Both the position numbers and the translations under genes were made by a program. From contig BFEA01000011.1 in assembly GCA_003427395.1 (NCBI GenBank), positions 3,909,153 through 3,969,959 on the forward strand: 60,807 nucleotides of DNA, written 5' to 3'. Each line of letters starts with the position of its first letter. Position 1 is the first letter of the stretch. Source of the DNA: Chara braunii. Lineage: Eukaryota > Plantae > Charophyceae. Below are positions 40,301-52,719 of the stretch, piece after piece. The notes below the pieces were generated by a model, which did not search any database, was not told the DNA's origin, and saw only the letters and a list, made by a program, of their open reading frames with translations.

Positions 40301-40776
40301 GCTCAAAAAGTTAAGCCAGCGGCGGTGGGCCGCGAGCGATCTGCACTGGAAGGGATATCGGAAGAAGAGATCGCNNNNNNNNNNNNNNNNNNNNNNNNNN
40401 NNNNNNNNNNNNNNNNNNNNNNNNNNNNNNNNNNNNNNNNNNNNNNNNNNNNNNNNNNNNNNNNNNNNNNNNNNNNNNNNNNNNNNNNNNNNNNNNNNNN
40501 NNNNNNNNNNNNNNNNNNNNNNNNNNNNNNNNNNNNNNNNNNNNNNNNNNNNNNNNNNNNNNNNNNNNNNNNNNNNNNNNNNNNNNNNNNNNNNNNNNNN
40601 NNNNNNNNNNNNNNNNNNNNNNNNNNNNNNNNNNNNNNNNNNNNNNNNNNNNNNNNNNNNNNNNNNNNNNNNNNNNNNNNNNNNNNNNNNNNNNNNNNNN
40701 NNNNNNNNNNNNNNNNNNNNNNNNNNNNNNNNNNNNNNNNNNNNNNNNNNNNNNNNNNNNNNNNNNNNNNNNNNNG

Positions 40777-43269
40777 CTTGACCCTAGAGACAGGCACCTC
40801 ACGGCTATGCATACGCCATTGGGACTGATACAGATGATGGTTGTCCCTGTGGGTTGGACTAATGGGGTAGCCGTTTTTCAGAGAGCCATGGTAGCCGTCC
40901 TCAAGGACTTCATCCCTGATAAGGTTGAAGTTTTTCTGGACGACTTTCCTATAAAAGGGCCAGTAAACAAGGATGAGGCAGAGGTTGCACCTGGAGTTAG
41001 AAGATTCGTCGAGCAGCACCTAACGGATATTTGCGCGGTACTCGAGCAGCTGGATGATGCGAATCTAACAGTCAGCGGAACAAATGCCGATGGGCCGTCT
41101 CAACTATTAAGATCTTGGGCTTTATCTGTGACTCGAGGGGACGCCGAGCAGATCCGACGAAGTTAAACAAACTCCTGAACTGGCCGTCACCATTACATAG
41201 TCCAACCGAGGTCCGACAGTTTCTGGGAGTGGTCGGTTATTGGCGTGTGCGGAGAAGGATCAGCCATTGAGGGTATGCGGAGAAGGCTCAGCCATTGAGG
41301 TTACTCCTTCGAAAAACTGAGAAATTCTACTGGAATTCCTCGCAGGAACTCGCTATGCAAGAGCTTAAAGATGAATTTAAGGAGGGAGGACGCGTACTAG
41401 GCGTGCCGTACTTTGATGATGAGGCTGGGAGACCCTTCATAGTAGCCACGGATGTTGGGCCTTGTTCGGTAGGAGGGTTGCTGTCTCAAAAGAACGCTGA
41501 AGGGAAGGAAAGACCGTTAAGATTTGAGAGTAGGACACTTAATACGGCAGAGCGAAACTATAGTCAATTCAAGAAGGAAGTATTAGCTGTTCTGCGGTGT
41601 CTAGACACGTTCAGACATTATATCTATGGACGACGGTTTATCTTGAGAGTGGATCCCACCGCGGTCGCCTCTGTCCTCCAGAAGGACTTTAGCCTGACAG
41701 ACCCGACCATTGCCCGATGGTTAATACGGATTCGACTATATGATTACACAGTAGAGAGGATATCTGGCACTAAAAATGTCGTAGCGGATGGACTCTCTCG
41801 GATTCCTCTTGAGGGAGAGCGCCCGATAGTAGCTAGAGCACTGACAATGGCGGAGCCGAGACGCGCCGAGAGATTTCTCGTTAACCTTTACGAGGGCAAG
41901 TATCGAACAATCGGGCTACACCTGATGGGAGAGGAGAGTCGAGATTTAGATATCCGGAGACAAGCAGCCCAGTACTGCCTTAGAGCGGGCCACCTTTTCC
42001 GAAAGGCCAGTAGGCTTGAGGATGCCCTTACGAGTAGTCTGTGACCCTGAGGAGAGACAGACAATAGTTGCAGAGCTTCACGACGGGGTAGTCGGAGGAC
42101 ATAGAGGAGTCAAAGGGACCTACGAAAAGGTACGCAGGCTGTACTGGTGGGAAGGATAGTATAAGAACGTCGAGAGATATTGTATGACCTGCGAAGAATG
42201 CCAGAAGAGAGCTCTTGTGAAATACAAAGAGCCACTTCATGCATCTTATCCAACCCGACCAAGAAAGAAGATACACATCGATCTGGTGAAGATGCCGAAA
42301 GGGGTAGGCAATATGAACTATGTTGTGAACATACGAGACGACTTCACGGGGTTCGTGGACGGTAGACCTATCAGGAGTAAGACGGCAAGGGAAGTAAAGA
42401 ACTTTGTCCTAGAGTACTTATCTAGGTATGGTTGTGTCAGCAAGATAGTGATGGATAGAGGGGCGGAATTCCTAGCCGACGAGGTTCAGAGCGTGTTCAG
42501 GAGAGCTGGGGCGAGAGTTTCGATAGCCACTGCCTACCACCCACAGTCGAACTCCCCAGTAGAGAGAGGGCACCAGACCCTGATAGCGTCGCTATCTAAG
42601 TGGTGCAAAGGCAAGGACAGTGATTGACCACGATATTTTCGATACGCAATTTGGGCGGACAACGTCATGGTCCGGGCTAGCACGGGATACCCTCCATACA
42701 CCTTGTGGTTTGGGCGACATTGTCCGCTTCCCATAGAGTTTCACGTCGACAGCTGGACAACCGTNGACTGGGCGGAGGAGATGTCCAGAGAGGAACTCAT
42801 AGCTGCCCGAACAAGACAGATAGCCTACGGTTTAGAAGATAACCTTATGACAGCGGCAGATCGTCTGGCAGTGGAAAGAGACAAAGGTAAAGAGAGATGG
42901 GATAAGAACGTGAGAATCAGGAAGGAGAGGGTGAGTGAAGGAGATATGGTCCTTCTCTACGATGCAGCGCTGGAAAGAACCTGGACCAGAAAACTCGCCA
43001 ACAGATGGATGGGATCTTACAGAGTGGTTGAGGCACTCGACTGGGGTGCATATATGATAGCAGAATTAGACGGATCCAAGTGGAAGGACCCAGTGGCAGG
43101 TGCTAGGTTAAAGCTGTTTAGGTCCAGGCCCGCACCCATCTTATCGCTGACAAGCCCGAAAGGGAAGGGAAAAACCATAATGGAGGATGGAGCCCCCTTG
43201 AGGCAATTCGAGGCAGGGGAGAGTTCCAAGAAAAGGAAAAGAATAGAGAAGAGAAAGGTCAAAGGGTAA
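40777..43269 (+). pseudogene. pol: RT, RNase H, integrase (disrupted)
   Basis: FLDDF; FIVATDVGPCSVGG, NYSQFKKE; H...H...CEEC; IHIDL, MDRGAEF, YHPQSNSPVER; WMGSYRV. Confidence 0.92.
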
Positions 43270-43589
43270 GCTTTAGGAAGAGAGAAGAGATGGTTATTCG
43301 TGCTCAAGCGAGCTAGACGGAGAGTTCGCGTTAGACGTACTGGCGGATCGGCACCCTTCTCGGGGCAAAGACAGAAGAAAAAGAGGATCGTGCCGGGGCC
43401 AAAAACCAGAAGACACAGGAGAGTCAAAAAGCATCTTCTTAGCCCCGGGACTCATAACAAACTGAAACATAAGACAATTGAACGCCGACGTGGGCGTCCT
43501 TTACGGGCCATCACCCTGAAGCTCGTCCGCTTCGTCTGACGTAAGTTGCTAGGGCTCGACGGGGGCGTCGAGAAGAGGTCCGGGCTAAC

Positions 43590-46500
43590 TGTCAGGCGGC
43601 CACAAAGGATGGGCCGCCTGAAAGCTGCGGCTTTGGGACCTAGGCTCAAAAACAAGTGTGTGTTTTGATGGTACTCTGGTTTCACGAGGCAGCAAAAATT
43701 AGGGGAACTCAGGGCACCCCTGATTTTGTGCGCATTGAACCTTACGAGTAACCCTCAAAGATGGCAAAATGGGTAGCCGCTCCCGGCACATCTTGGAACC
43801 GTCACTTCCGCCCGTCCTGAGGCTAGACCTGAAATGGCCGGCCGCTAAGAGACATCGTGGTGACTGACCCCGCGGTAACGCCTTTTGCAGCACACGATCG
43901 GGGCCGAGTGATGCCTCGAATTTTTGTCAATTTTGATGCCGAAATTAAAATGGAAGAGACGGTTAAAGATGATGGGATGAGAGAGAAAAACAAAATATTC
44001 TTTGATTTCTATAATTTCCATGGCATTTAATTTTAGTAGAAACTCCGTCGTTATTTTACGTTTCCGGCAATGAGATCAAAACTGAAGAAAACAGATTAAA
44101 CATGACAAAAAAAAAGAAAAACAAAAGAATTTCAATCATTTGATTTAAAACCCCTCAGTGTTTATTTTTTGTGAAATTGCGACTATTATACTAATTCAGA
44201 CAATAGAATTAGGAAGAGAGTGAAATGANACTATTATACTAATTCAGACAATAGAATTAGGAAGAGAGTGAAATGATTAAAACAAAGACGGAACGAACAG
44301 GAACTACTGACTATTCGATGCCTGGCCTGATTTTGTTTGGATTACCCACCGTCAGCTCGGAACCCCGAGTTGATCAAATTCTCTGAACTCTAACCCCTTT
44401 TGTTACTATCCCCTGATGATCGAGATTTTCCGCGTCGTTCTCTTGTTTTACCTGACTATTGACCCTCTGAGTCAGTCCGAGGATGATCACATGGGCAGCG
44501 TGAGACGGTGCTGCTTTGGACCAACGGTATGATATTTGGGTCGGTACGGACACCGGTTCGGAGGGGTTCCGGTTATAGTTCGGTGTTTTGGTTCGGGGTG
44601 AGCTCAGTATCAGTGCATTTCAGGTTCGGACATATCAGCGTGATGTATTGTCAGGCTTGGGGCTGCTACGGCGATCTATTTCAGCTTCGCCGCCGCCATG
44701 GCGGTTTATCCCGGGCACGGTGCTATCCCGGCCATTGATTTCGGATTCGGTATGACTCGACACCGACATATATTTTTTTCCAGCTCGACAAGGGCTCGAC
44801 ATCACCTTATTTCAGGCTCGAGCAGATCAGGGTGATTTATTATCCGGTTTGGAACCACCACATTGATTTATTTCAGGATCGGAACAGCTTCGACGTGACT
44901 CCGACCGTCTACTTCCGGATCAGCACCAACACGNCAATTTATTTCNGCATCGAAGNCATTNCCACATTAATTTTCTGGTTNGGTTTGGGNTCGNCTGNCA
45001 CGGTACNGNCTATTTCAGTTCTCTGCGACAACGATCGGATGTGTGTGTGAAAAACGACTCCAAATGATTAGTATGATTTGGTACAGGTGCTACGGTCGGA
45101 GGCATTGTCACGGAACAGTTGTTGCAAAATACCGTGGCCAGTAGCTGCAGTCCCAGACGGCTATGTCAATGGGACTAAACGGTTCAATATTGAGGCCCTC
45201 TTCATCATCTTGGGTATGTACGACACTAGCGTGAGGCTTTGGTCTGTCACCGGACTGGTACGGTCCTTGGGCTAATACAGCCAGGTCACGGGGCCGCGGT
45301 ACCATTATGCTCGGCACAGTTTCTGATTTGGTAACTAGGACAGTTCTCTTTGATTTCGATTGCAATGCCTATCGGTACCGTTGGACTGGAATTCCCACAG
45401 TACGGGGGTACCCAGGCCCTCAGCAGCATGTGCTCCGTAAAAGGCTACGGTCGCAGCATATAGGGGAAGGCAGCGAAGAGAGGAGGGACGCACTCAGTAC
45501 GAGCAAGGTGTACCCGCGTATGCAAGCGCGGGGAAGACGTGCCAGCGCTGAGGCGGTTACTCCGCGTGTGAGGGAAGTGACGTGGGGGAAAGGAGCATGC
45601 AAGGTGTACCTGGCCCACAACATAGTGGGATCCAGGCAGGTCAACACGTAGGGAGCAGCATGCAAGGCGTTCCCCGCTCACGTAGCATGCACGAAAGGGG
45701 TCAACGAGGGGGCAGTTGGAAGGAACGTGGACCAGAGGGAGAATAATTGGGCGGGCCATACCAAGCGAGCACGGAGATCCACTGCGACTGCTGAGAAACT
45801 TTTTTCATTAAACTGAGCGAGTGGCGGGCGTGGAACGACTGTTCTTTTGCCGCTGTCAATGGGAACGGCCATAGCCTTCTTCCTGTTTACCGCGTGTCTG
45901 CTGTGCGAAGAGGCATGTTCACTTACCGCTGTCGAAGAGAGCAATCATAGCCTTCTCCCTGCTTACCACCTGTCTGCTGTGCGAAGAGACATGTTCATTT
46001 ACCACTGTACACGAGAAGTTCGAGAACAACCATTGCCTTTCCGCTGAAACCGCCTGTCTGGTGTGTGAGGAGCCAGGTTCACCTACCGCTGTCGATGAGA
46101 ACAACCATAGTCCCTCTGCTGATTACCGCTTGTCTGCGGTATGAAGAGTCACGTTCACTAGTCATATCCTTTTTGCTGCCTGCCGCATATCTGCGGGGTG
46201 AAGAACCATGTTCATTCCTCCTCTCCTTGGGGGAAGGGATCAATCATTTTCATTGATTGACAGGAGCATCCACTTTCGCTGAATAGATGGCCAAACACTC
46301 TTGCTGCTGATCTGGGACCTTCAATTGTTGAGAAGATCAGCCGCTCTCGCCCCGGGCCAGACCAGCTGCGTTTCAGGGAAGTGTGATTTCGCTTGGAGAC
46401 GGATGACGCAAAAACAGTGCTGGGAGGACCAGCGCATGTAAGGCATTAAGGATTGACCTGGAGTGAGAGAGAGAGAGTGTGTGGCGAGAGAGAGGGGGTG

Positions 46501-46600
46501 TGCGGAGAGACTGAGAGAGAGAGTGGGAGGATCAGACTGCGCAACGTGCTCGAGAGAGAAAGAGAGAGACAGGGGACTGAGGAAGAGTGAGAGAGCTGAT

Positions 46601-46663
<63 letters not shown>

Positions 46664-47923
46664 GTTAGTTAATAAGAGAGGGCAACGAGAGTGGTAGAGC
46701 AGGATCCCGAAGGACGATGGTGAACTGTTAGAAGACCTGGGAGATCTCCTCGCTGCTCTGAGCCTTGTGAGCTGGCCAGCAAATCATCTTAGAGGAAGCA
46801 TCATTTTCGAGAAATTGCTGAAAAGAGCCTTGATTGGCTCGCTGCTCAACTCATTTTCAGGAAGGTATCATTTTGGAGAAAATATTGAAAAGAGCCTTAA
46901 TTGGCTAGCTACTCAAATCATTTCCAGGAAAGTATCATTTTCGAAAAATCGTTGAAAAGAACCTTGATTGGCTCACTGCTCTGAGCCTTGGGAACTGGCC
47001 AACATATCATTTTCGGGAAATATTATTCTTGAGAAATTATTGAAAAGAGCCTTGATTGGCTCACTGCTCTGAGCCCTGCGAACTGGCCAGCAGATCATTT
47101 TCGGGGGATATCATTTTTGAGAAATTATTGAAAAGAGCCTTGATTGGCTCACTGCTCTGAGCCTTGCGAACTGGCCAGCAGATCATTTTCGGGGAATATC
47201 GTTTTTGAGAAATTATTGAAAAGAGCCTTGATTGGCTCACTGCTCTGAGCCTTGCGAACTGGCCAGCAGATCATTTTCGGGAAATATCATTTTCGAGAAA
47301 TTATTGAAAAGACCCTTGATTGGCTCACTGCTCTGAGCCTTGGGAATTGGCCAGTCGATCATTTTCCGGAAACATCATTTTTGAGAAATTATTGAAAAGG
47401 GCCTTGATTGGCTCGCTGCTCGGAGTCTTGTGAACTGGACAGCTAATTATTTTCGGAAAATATCATTTTCAAGAAATTATTGAAAAGAGCCTTGATTGGC
47501 TCGCCGCTCCGAGCCTTGTGGATTGGACAGCAAATCATTTTCGGGAAATGTCGTTTTCGAGAAGTCGTTGAAAAGAGCCCTGATTGGCTCCTTGCTCTCT
47601 GCCAAATGAAAGCTAACGTTCCCTCTTTGGCGGCTTCGCCGCTCTTCTGATTGCGCGGAGGTGAGCTGATCCGAAGAGAACGGTAAGAGGATTGAACATT
47701 CCTGCGTGACACGGAGGGATCAATTCTGACCGAGATTACTGTGAAATTTTCGCAAAGGAAAAAATCTTAAAATGGCCTGTGGTTAAGGACCAAGAGTGAC
47801 CTTGCTGAAAGGGATAACCCTGCTGGTCGCTGAGGACCTCGGAAGCGGGCGCGGCGAATTGACTGGCGCCGTAGTCCATGGCTTCAGCGAACGGTAGGTA
47901 GCTCCTCCCCGGGTTTCCTCACA
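43590..47923 (+). repeat. 3' LTR (~4.3 kb)
   Basis: TGTCAGGCGG...TTCCTCACA followed by the TSD. Confidence 0.92.
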
Positions 47924-48270
47924 GCGGTAAGAAGAGATTGAGAAGGTAGATAAGGTAAGGGAACAACGTACCTGAAGATAGCTTTCCCCAACCACAGATT
48001 TCTCACCAATTGAGCTGAGTGTGCATTTGATGACCGGTCATAGCCTTGATACCACTCACAACGCAATGCAGTGCCACCTCAGCCAAATGCCACATCAGCA
48101 TGCTTTCATCACCAATCATACATTCCGCCGTCACCACGGCATCCCATGCCGTATAGCCTTCCGGCGCACACCTCTCTACCCAGGTCGTGCGCCTAATATG
48201 GCCTGACGTCACAAGAACCAACTGCGAAGAAGCATCGTCAGCGCACCAAGGTAAGTGGCGAATCGAAGCA

Positions 48271-49384
48271 GCTCCGATACCAAAATGCAAGGAACATGAA
48301 TGTGGACGAAGCAAAAAAATCCAAATCGCAAAATCACACTGAAGTCCAAGTAGTCAAAGCAAGAGCAGATAGCACAATGGAACCAAGTAACCATCCATTT
48401 GAGAACGATACAGCAGAATCGTGAGTCAATGTCCAAGCCCTATCGGGCAACACCAACAACATAACCCAATGTAGCTCTCACTCTTGAATGGCGCCAGGCG
48501 CCCTATCTACTCTACCGCCTAATACTACAACTACAACATGGGAGCAACCAGACAACTTGACGACCAGCGAGTGATGACGTCAACACCAATGCCGACTTCC
48601 TCTTCACCAGGTACGTCTCTCTCTTCACCCTCACTCTCCCTTGTTATCCCACACAGCGCCCTTCACCTCTGAAGAACCACCTTCGCCCTTCACCTCCTCT
48701 GCGCCCACAGGCAGCCCGGCTATGGCCGCCAGCACCCTGCGCCCAGGCTGCGCTCTACCGCTTAGCGCTAGCCCGCCTCTCTCAGCCACTGCACAGCGCA
48801 AGTGCTAGCGCTACAATGCAGCAGCGTGCCCGCAATGCCTGCATTGGCCAAGATCCCTGCTCTCTCGCATAATCTGCCTATATGCCTTGCTGCGTGTGGG
48901 CGGCCTGCCTCGAGCCTGCGCCTGGGTCCCAGTAACTGCGCCCAGGCCCAACACCGATGTGGCTCAGGAAGTACAGTTGGGCCCCTTATGCCAGGGCTGT
49001 CGTCCAGATGCAGACCCTTTCAGGTTTCCCATTGGTTCACTCGGCCTCTACGACGGCAATGCTGCTTTACGATTGGCCAGCGTCCAATGTGTGATGTGTC
49101 GGCCTCCCCTGGCCTGTGCCCAGGGCTCAACCAACTGAGGCCCTGGGCTCAACTGCTTCTCGCAGGAGTCTGAGTTCCACGATGCACTCCAACCAACTGG
49201 CGTGCTGCAACTGTCTGATACCCACTTTACAAAAATGTTGAAAGAAAGGCCTGTTTGTGGATATTCTGACCTGCCTTCACTTAGGGCGGTCACATGGCTG
49301 GTCTGCCTTCACTTAGGGCGGGCAAGAGGCTTGCTGGGGGCATATCCATGTCGGCAAGGCCCCTTTGAGGGCTCAATCCTCACA
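48271..49384 (-). mobile_element. PBS (tRNA-iMet type) and 5' LTR of the minus-strand Ty3 remnant
   Basis: GCTCCGATACCA (reverse complement TGGTATCGGAGC) at 48271-48282. LTR TGCAAGGA...TCCTCACA at 48286-49384. Confidence 0.7.
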
Positions 49385-49386
49385 TA

Positions 49387-49472
49387 TGCCCCCGAGGACA
49401 CTATCACAGGGGGCTGCTCTTACCAGCCCCTGGGATAAAGCCTGGGGATGTTTTTTGGAGGAAAAAAAAAAA
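49387..49472 (+). mobile_element. Retroposon 3' terminus (structured-tail family)
   Basis: Hairpin TATCACAGGGG-GCTGCTCTTACCAG-CCCCTGGGATA followed by an A-run. Confidence 0.55.
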
Positions 49473-50229
49473 CAACTGTGAGATCCCCAACGGTTAAAAG
49501 AACCGCCGAACTGTGAGATGAGAGGGGCTCGCCCCCGTCAGATTTGAACTTAATATGAACAAATATTATTTCCCAAGGCTTATGTGACAAACGGCAACAT
49601 TGTTGTGTGTGCCATTTTCAACGACTGGGCCAAAACACCCCAATTACCGTCTTCACCCGAATAGGGCGCAAGGTCATTATAGTGGTATCTAGACCGACAA
49701 TTGGCCCAACTACAGCTGCACTGACTGTGCATTCTTTTCAGGGAAGATGGTGGCAGCAGAACGGTAAGCTCAGGTGACGTGAGCTGATTCCTTGCTTGCT
49801 CCATTGTAAGCCATCAACTTGATGGCGACAATGGATCTGCACAGTTCGTTTTGCAACCAGGTGCATGCGCTCACATCGGATGGAGTAGATCCTCCTGCTA
49901 GTGGAATGTCAGCCCTGCACCCGAATATAGGCTGTCAGGGGGTTGCCAAGTTCATGTTATAGCCCAGTCAGGGGCCAAACGCAAACTTCCATAAACTGCT
50001 GACAGGGGCAGAATGCAAACATTTAAATCCAAAAGGGCATTTCACAAACTTCCAAAATTTCAGAGGGGTATTCCGCTTTGCCCACATCTTTTTGGGGTAT
50101 TTTAGCACATCCACGAACTTTCAGGGGCTTTTCAACAAACTTCCCTTCACTATTTTGCCAATCAGTTCAGACACAAACAGAAAAACAGACCAAAGTAGGT
50201 ACCAAACACAATCAGATTGTGCTGTTTAC

Positions 50230-50572
50230 CTGGCATCACCAACGTCGTTATGTTCCCCATATCGAATGCGTCCGCATAACGCCTGGCCCAGCGGGCCACC
50301 GTCCCATTCGCATATGCATAGAACCTGGACAGATAGTTGAAGTAGGAGTAGATGCCCAGGAGATAATCTCCAGTTCCAACGTTTTTTGCCAAGCCCCCAA
50401 CGTTGTAGGCGATGTCGGACAGGTTCTGGAAGGCCACTGGCTCCTGTATGGCAACACCATACAGGAAAACCGCGGGGGGTGCCGGGGTCTGTGGCGCAGT
50501 ACTATTGTAACCCTTGATGACTTGGATAGCGTTTTCCACACCCACCTTGCCGAAGGTGAAGACGAGAAGAAC
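50230..50572 (-). CDS. Exon of VWA/Cache-domain (alpha2delta/CACHD1-like) gene
   Basis: GGCAG acceptor and GTAAAC donor. VLLVFTFG...YN...VFLYGV...IAYNVGG...YFNYLSR...WARRYADAFDMGNITTLVMP parallels the VWA C-terminus and WxxxYxDA..LG...T...P of alpha2delta. Confidence 0.8.
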
Positions 50573-51157
50573 CTGCCATCCCCCACAAAGAAAAGAGAAA
50601 AAAATGAAAAACACAGAAAAGACAGGCAAGACGAAGGAACAAAGGTGTTAAGGTGTTACTCGTCACCTAGTGCACGTGTTGTGTCCGTCTTCCCACACGT
50701 TTGCATTATCCATGACGCATACACACTACTTAGCTCATCTTGGGTCTTCTTGTGCCCCATCACCCCATCCATCCACTTTTTCGAGACTGTGCTCCCTTTG
50801 GCCCTGCATCGCCCATCTGGCTCCGTCAAATAGATTTTCCTGCCATACATCCATTGTCAATTTGTCTCCCTTGAGCTTCATCGTCATCCCTCATCCACTT
50901 GCTTAGCTCCATGACTTTTTCTTTTTAATGGGCCCAGTGCCAAAGGCTCATCCACTTGCTTGAGAAACAAATACGCGGCGGTTCACACGGGGCGTCGGGG
51001 AAGGGGAACGTCCAGTCTTGCGACTCTTGCCCAAGAGCACGGGCAAACCGAGAATGAAAAAATAAAAAAACACAAAGAAAAGGAGCTCAAAGTAAAAAAA
51101 AAAACCACGGTCTTGGCCAAAGCACAAGGCAGAGAACGGCGTGCGGGGACGCGTGCG

Positions 51158-51158
<1 letters not shown>

Positions 51159-51246
<88 letters not shown>

Positions 51247-51913
51247 NNNNNNNNNNNNNNNNNNNNNNNNNNNNNNNNNNNNNNNNNNNNNNNNNNNNNN
51301 NNNNNNNNNNNNNNNNNNNNNNNNNNNNNNNNNNNNNNNNNNNNNNNNNNNNNNNNNNNNNNNNNNNNNNNNNNNNNNNNNNNNNNNNNNNNNNNNNNNN
51401 NNNNNNNNNNNNNNNNNNNNNNNNNNNNNNNNNNNNNNNNNNNNNNNNNNNNNNNNNNNNNNNNNNNNNNNNNNNNNNNNNNNNNNNNNNNNNNNNNNNN
51501 NNNNNNNNNNNNNNNNNNNNNNNNNNNNNNNNNNNNNNNNNNNNNNNNNNNNNNNNNNNNNNNNNNNNNNNNNNNNNNNNNNNNNNNNNNNNNNNNNNNN
51601 NNNNNNNNNNNNNNNNNNNNNNNNNNNNNNNNNNNNNNNNNNNNNNNNNNNNNNNNNNNNNNNNNNNNNNNNNNNNNNNNNNNNNNNNNNNNNNNNNNNN
51701 NNNNNNNNNNNNNNNNNNNNNNNNNNNNNNNNNNNNNNNNNNNNNNNNNNNNNNNNNNNNNNNNNNNNNNNNNNNNNNNNNNNNNNNNNNNNNNNNNNNN
51801 NNNNNNNNNNNNNNNNNNNNNNNNNNNNNNNNNNNNNNNNNNNNNNNNNNNNNNNNNNNNNNNNNNNNNNNNNNNNNNNNNNNNNNNNNNNNNNNNNNNN
51901 NNNNNNNNNNNNN

Positions 51914-51992
<79 letters not shown>
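51159..51992. repeat. (CA)n(GA)n microsatellite spanning a gap
   Basis: Directly visible. Confidence 0.95.
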
Positions 51993-51995
<3 letters not shown>

Positions 51996-52719
51996 GCGTG
52001 TGGGCCGGTAGGGTATGGGCTGGGATCCTTCCAGCAGGCGGCTCCTGTTTCCAACCCCGCTCACCCCTGAGAAAACCAGTTCTTTTTTATTTAACTTCTT
52101 TTTAAAATGGGCGACAGAGTTTCTTTATGACATTGACCGGATTTGAACTTGGGTCCGCATTTCAACGGTTCATGATTGTACCAACCGGTGGTGTTTCTTC
52201 CCAGTCCATGGAAAATGGACCGGCGCCAGTAGCTGCCAGTTCTGCAAATTGTGTAACTGGCAGCTTGTCGGGAGCGTCTTTACTGTTTCTTTTTTGCAGT
52301 ATCAAACTGGTCTCTGCCCAAAGCTGCCGCAGCCTGTTATTCCAGCGAATTTGAAACTCAAATTCCTTCGTCATGGAGTTGTCTCATAAATAAATTAAAA
52401 TAATTACCGGGCCAATATTTCAACTACTCAAACCCAGCAGTAATGTAGAAAATCACAGACCTTTGCAAATGGCATTTTGTGTTGACCAGTTTTGAATTCA
52501 ACAGTGCAAAAATCAATCTGACTAGGTAGGCTGTCAGTTCGAGCTAACACTGCCAATTAGGACAAGCAGTCTGTCCAAATAACTAAAAGAGATCATCTGC
52601 TTCTTAGGAAATACACCCAATGGGGAAGTAGACAATAAGCACAGAATCGAGTTTTCAGGTGAAACTACCCCCTTTCTTTACATCCCACAAATCATCCCAG
52701 CCACATTGTCCGGCAACAA

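Larger units (their letters stand above)
29410..47923 (+). mobile_element. Ty3/gypsy LTR retrotransposon, ~18.5 kb, nested in the leader of the minus-strand Ty3 remnant
   Basis: TG...CA LTRs and 4-bp TSD GCGG (29406-29409 / 47924-47927). The empty-site paralogue CCTCGCAGTAAGAA is at ~53110. Domain order gag-PR-RT-RH-INT. Confidence 0.95.

Noticed and set aside
44181-44277. Short tandem duplication in the 3' LTR
   Set aside because: The copies are joined by a single N, consistent with a contig-overlap artefact.
50656-50850. Possible upstream VWA exon (CGKTDTTRAL)
   Set aside because: The nearby donor sites give phase 1 or 2, while the next exon needs phase 0, and the similarity is weak.
16334-52105. 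Long ORF-track entries rich in X, ER/LS repeats or poly-K/F
   Set aside because: They are products of N-gaps, microsatellites and homopolymers, not genes.
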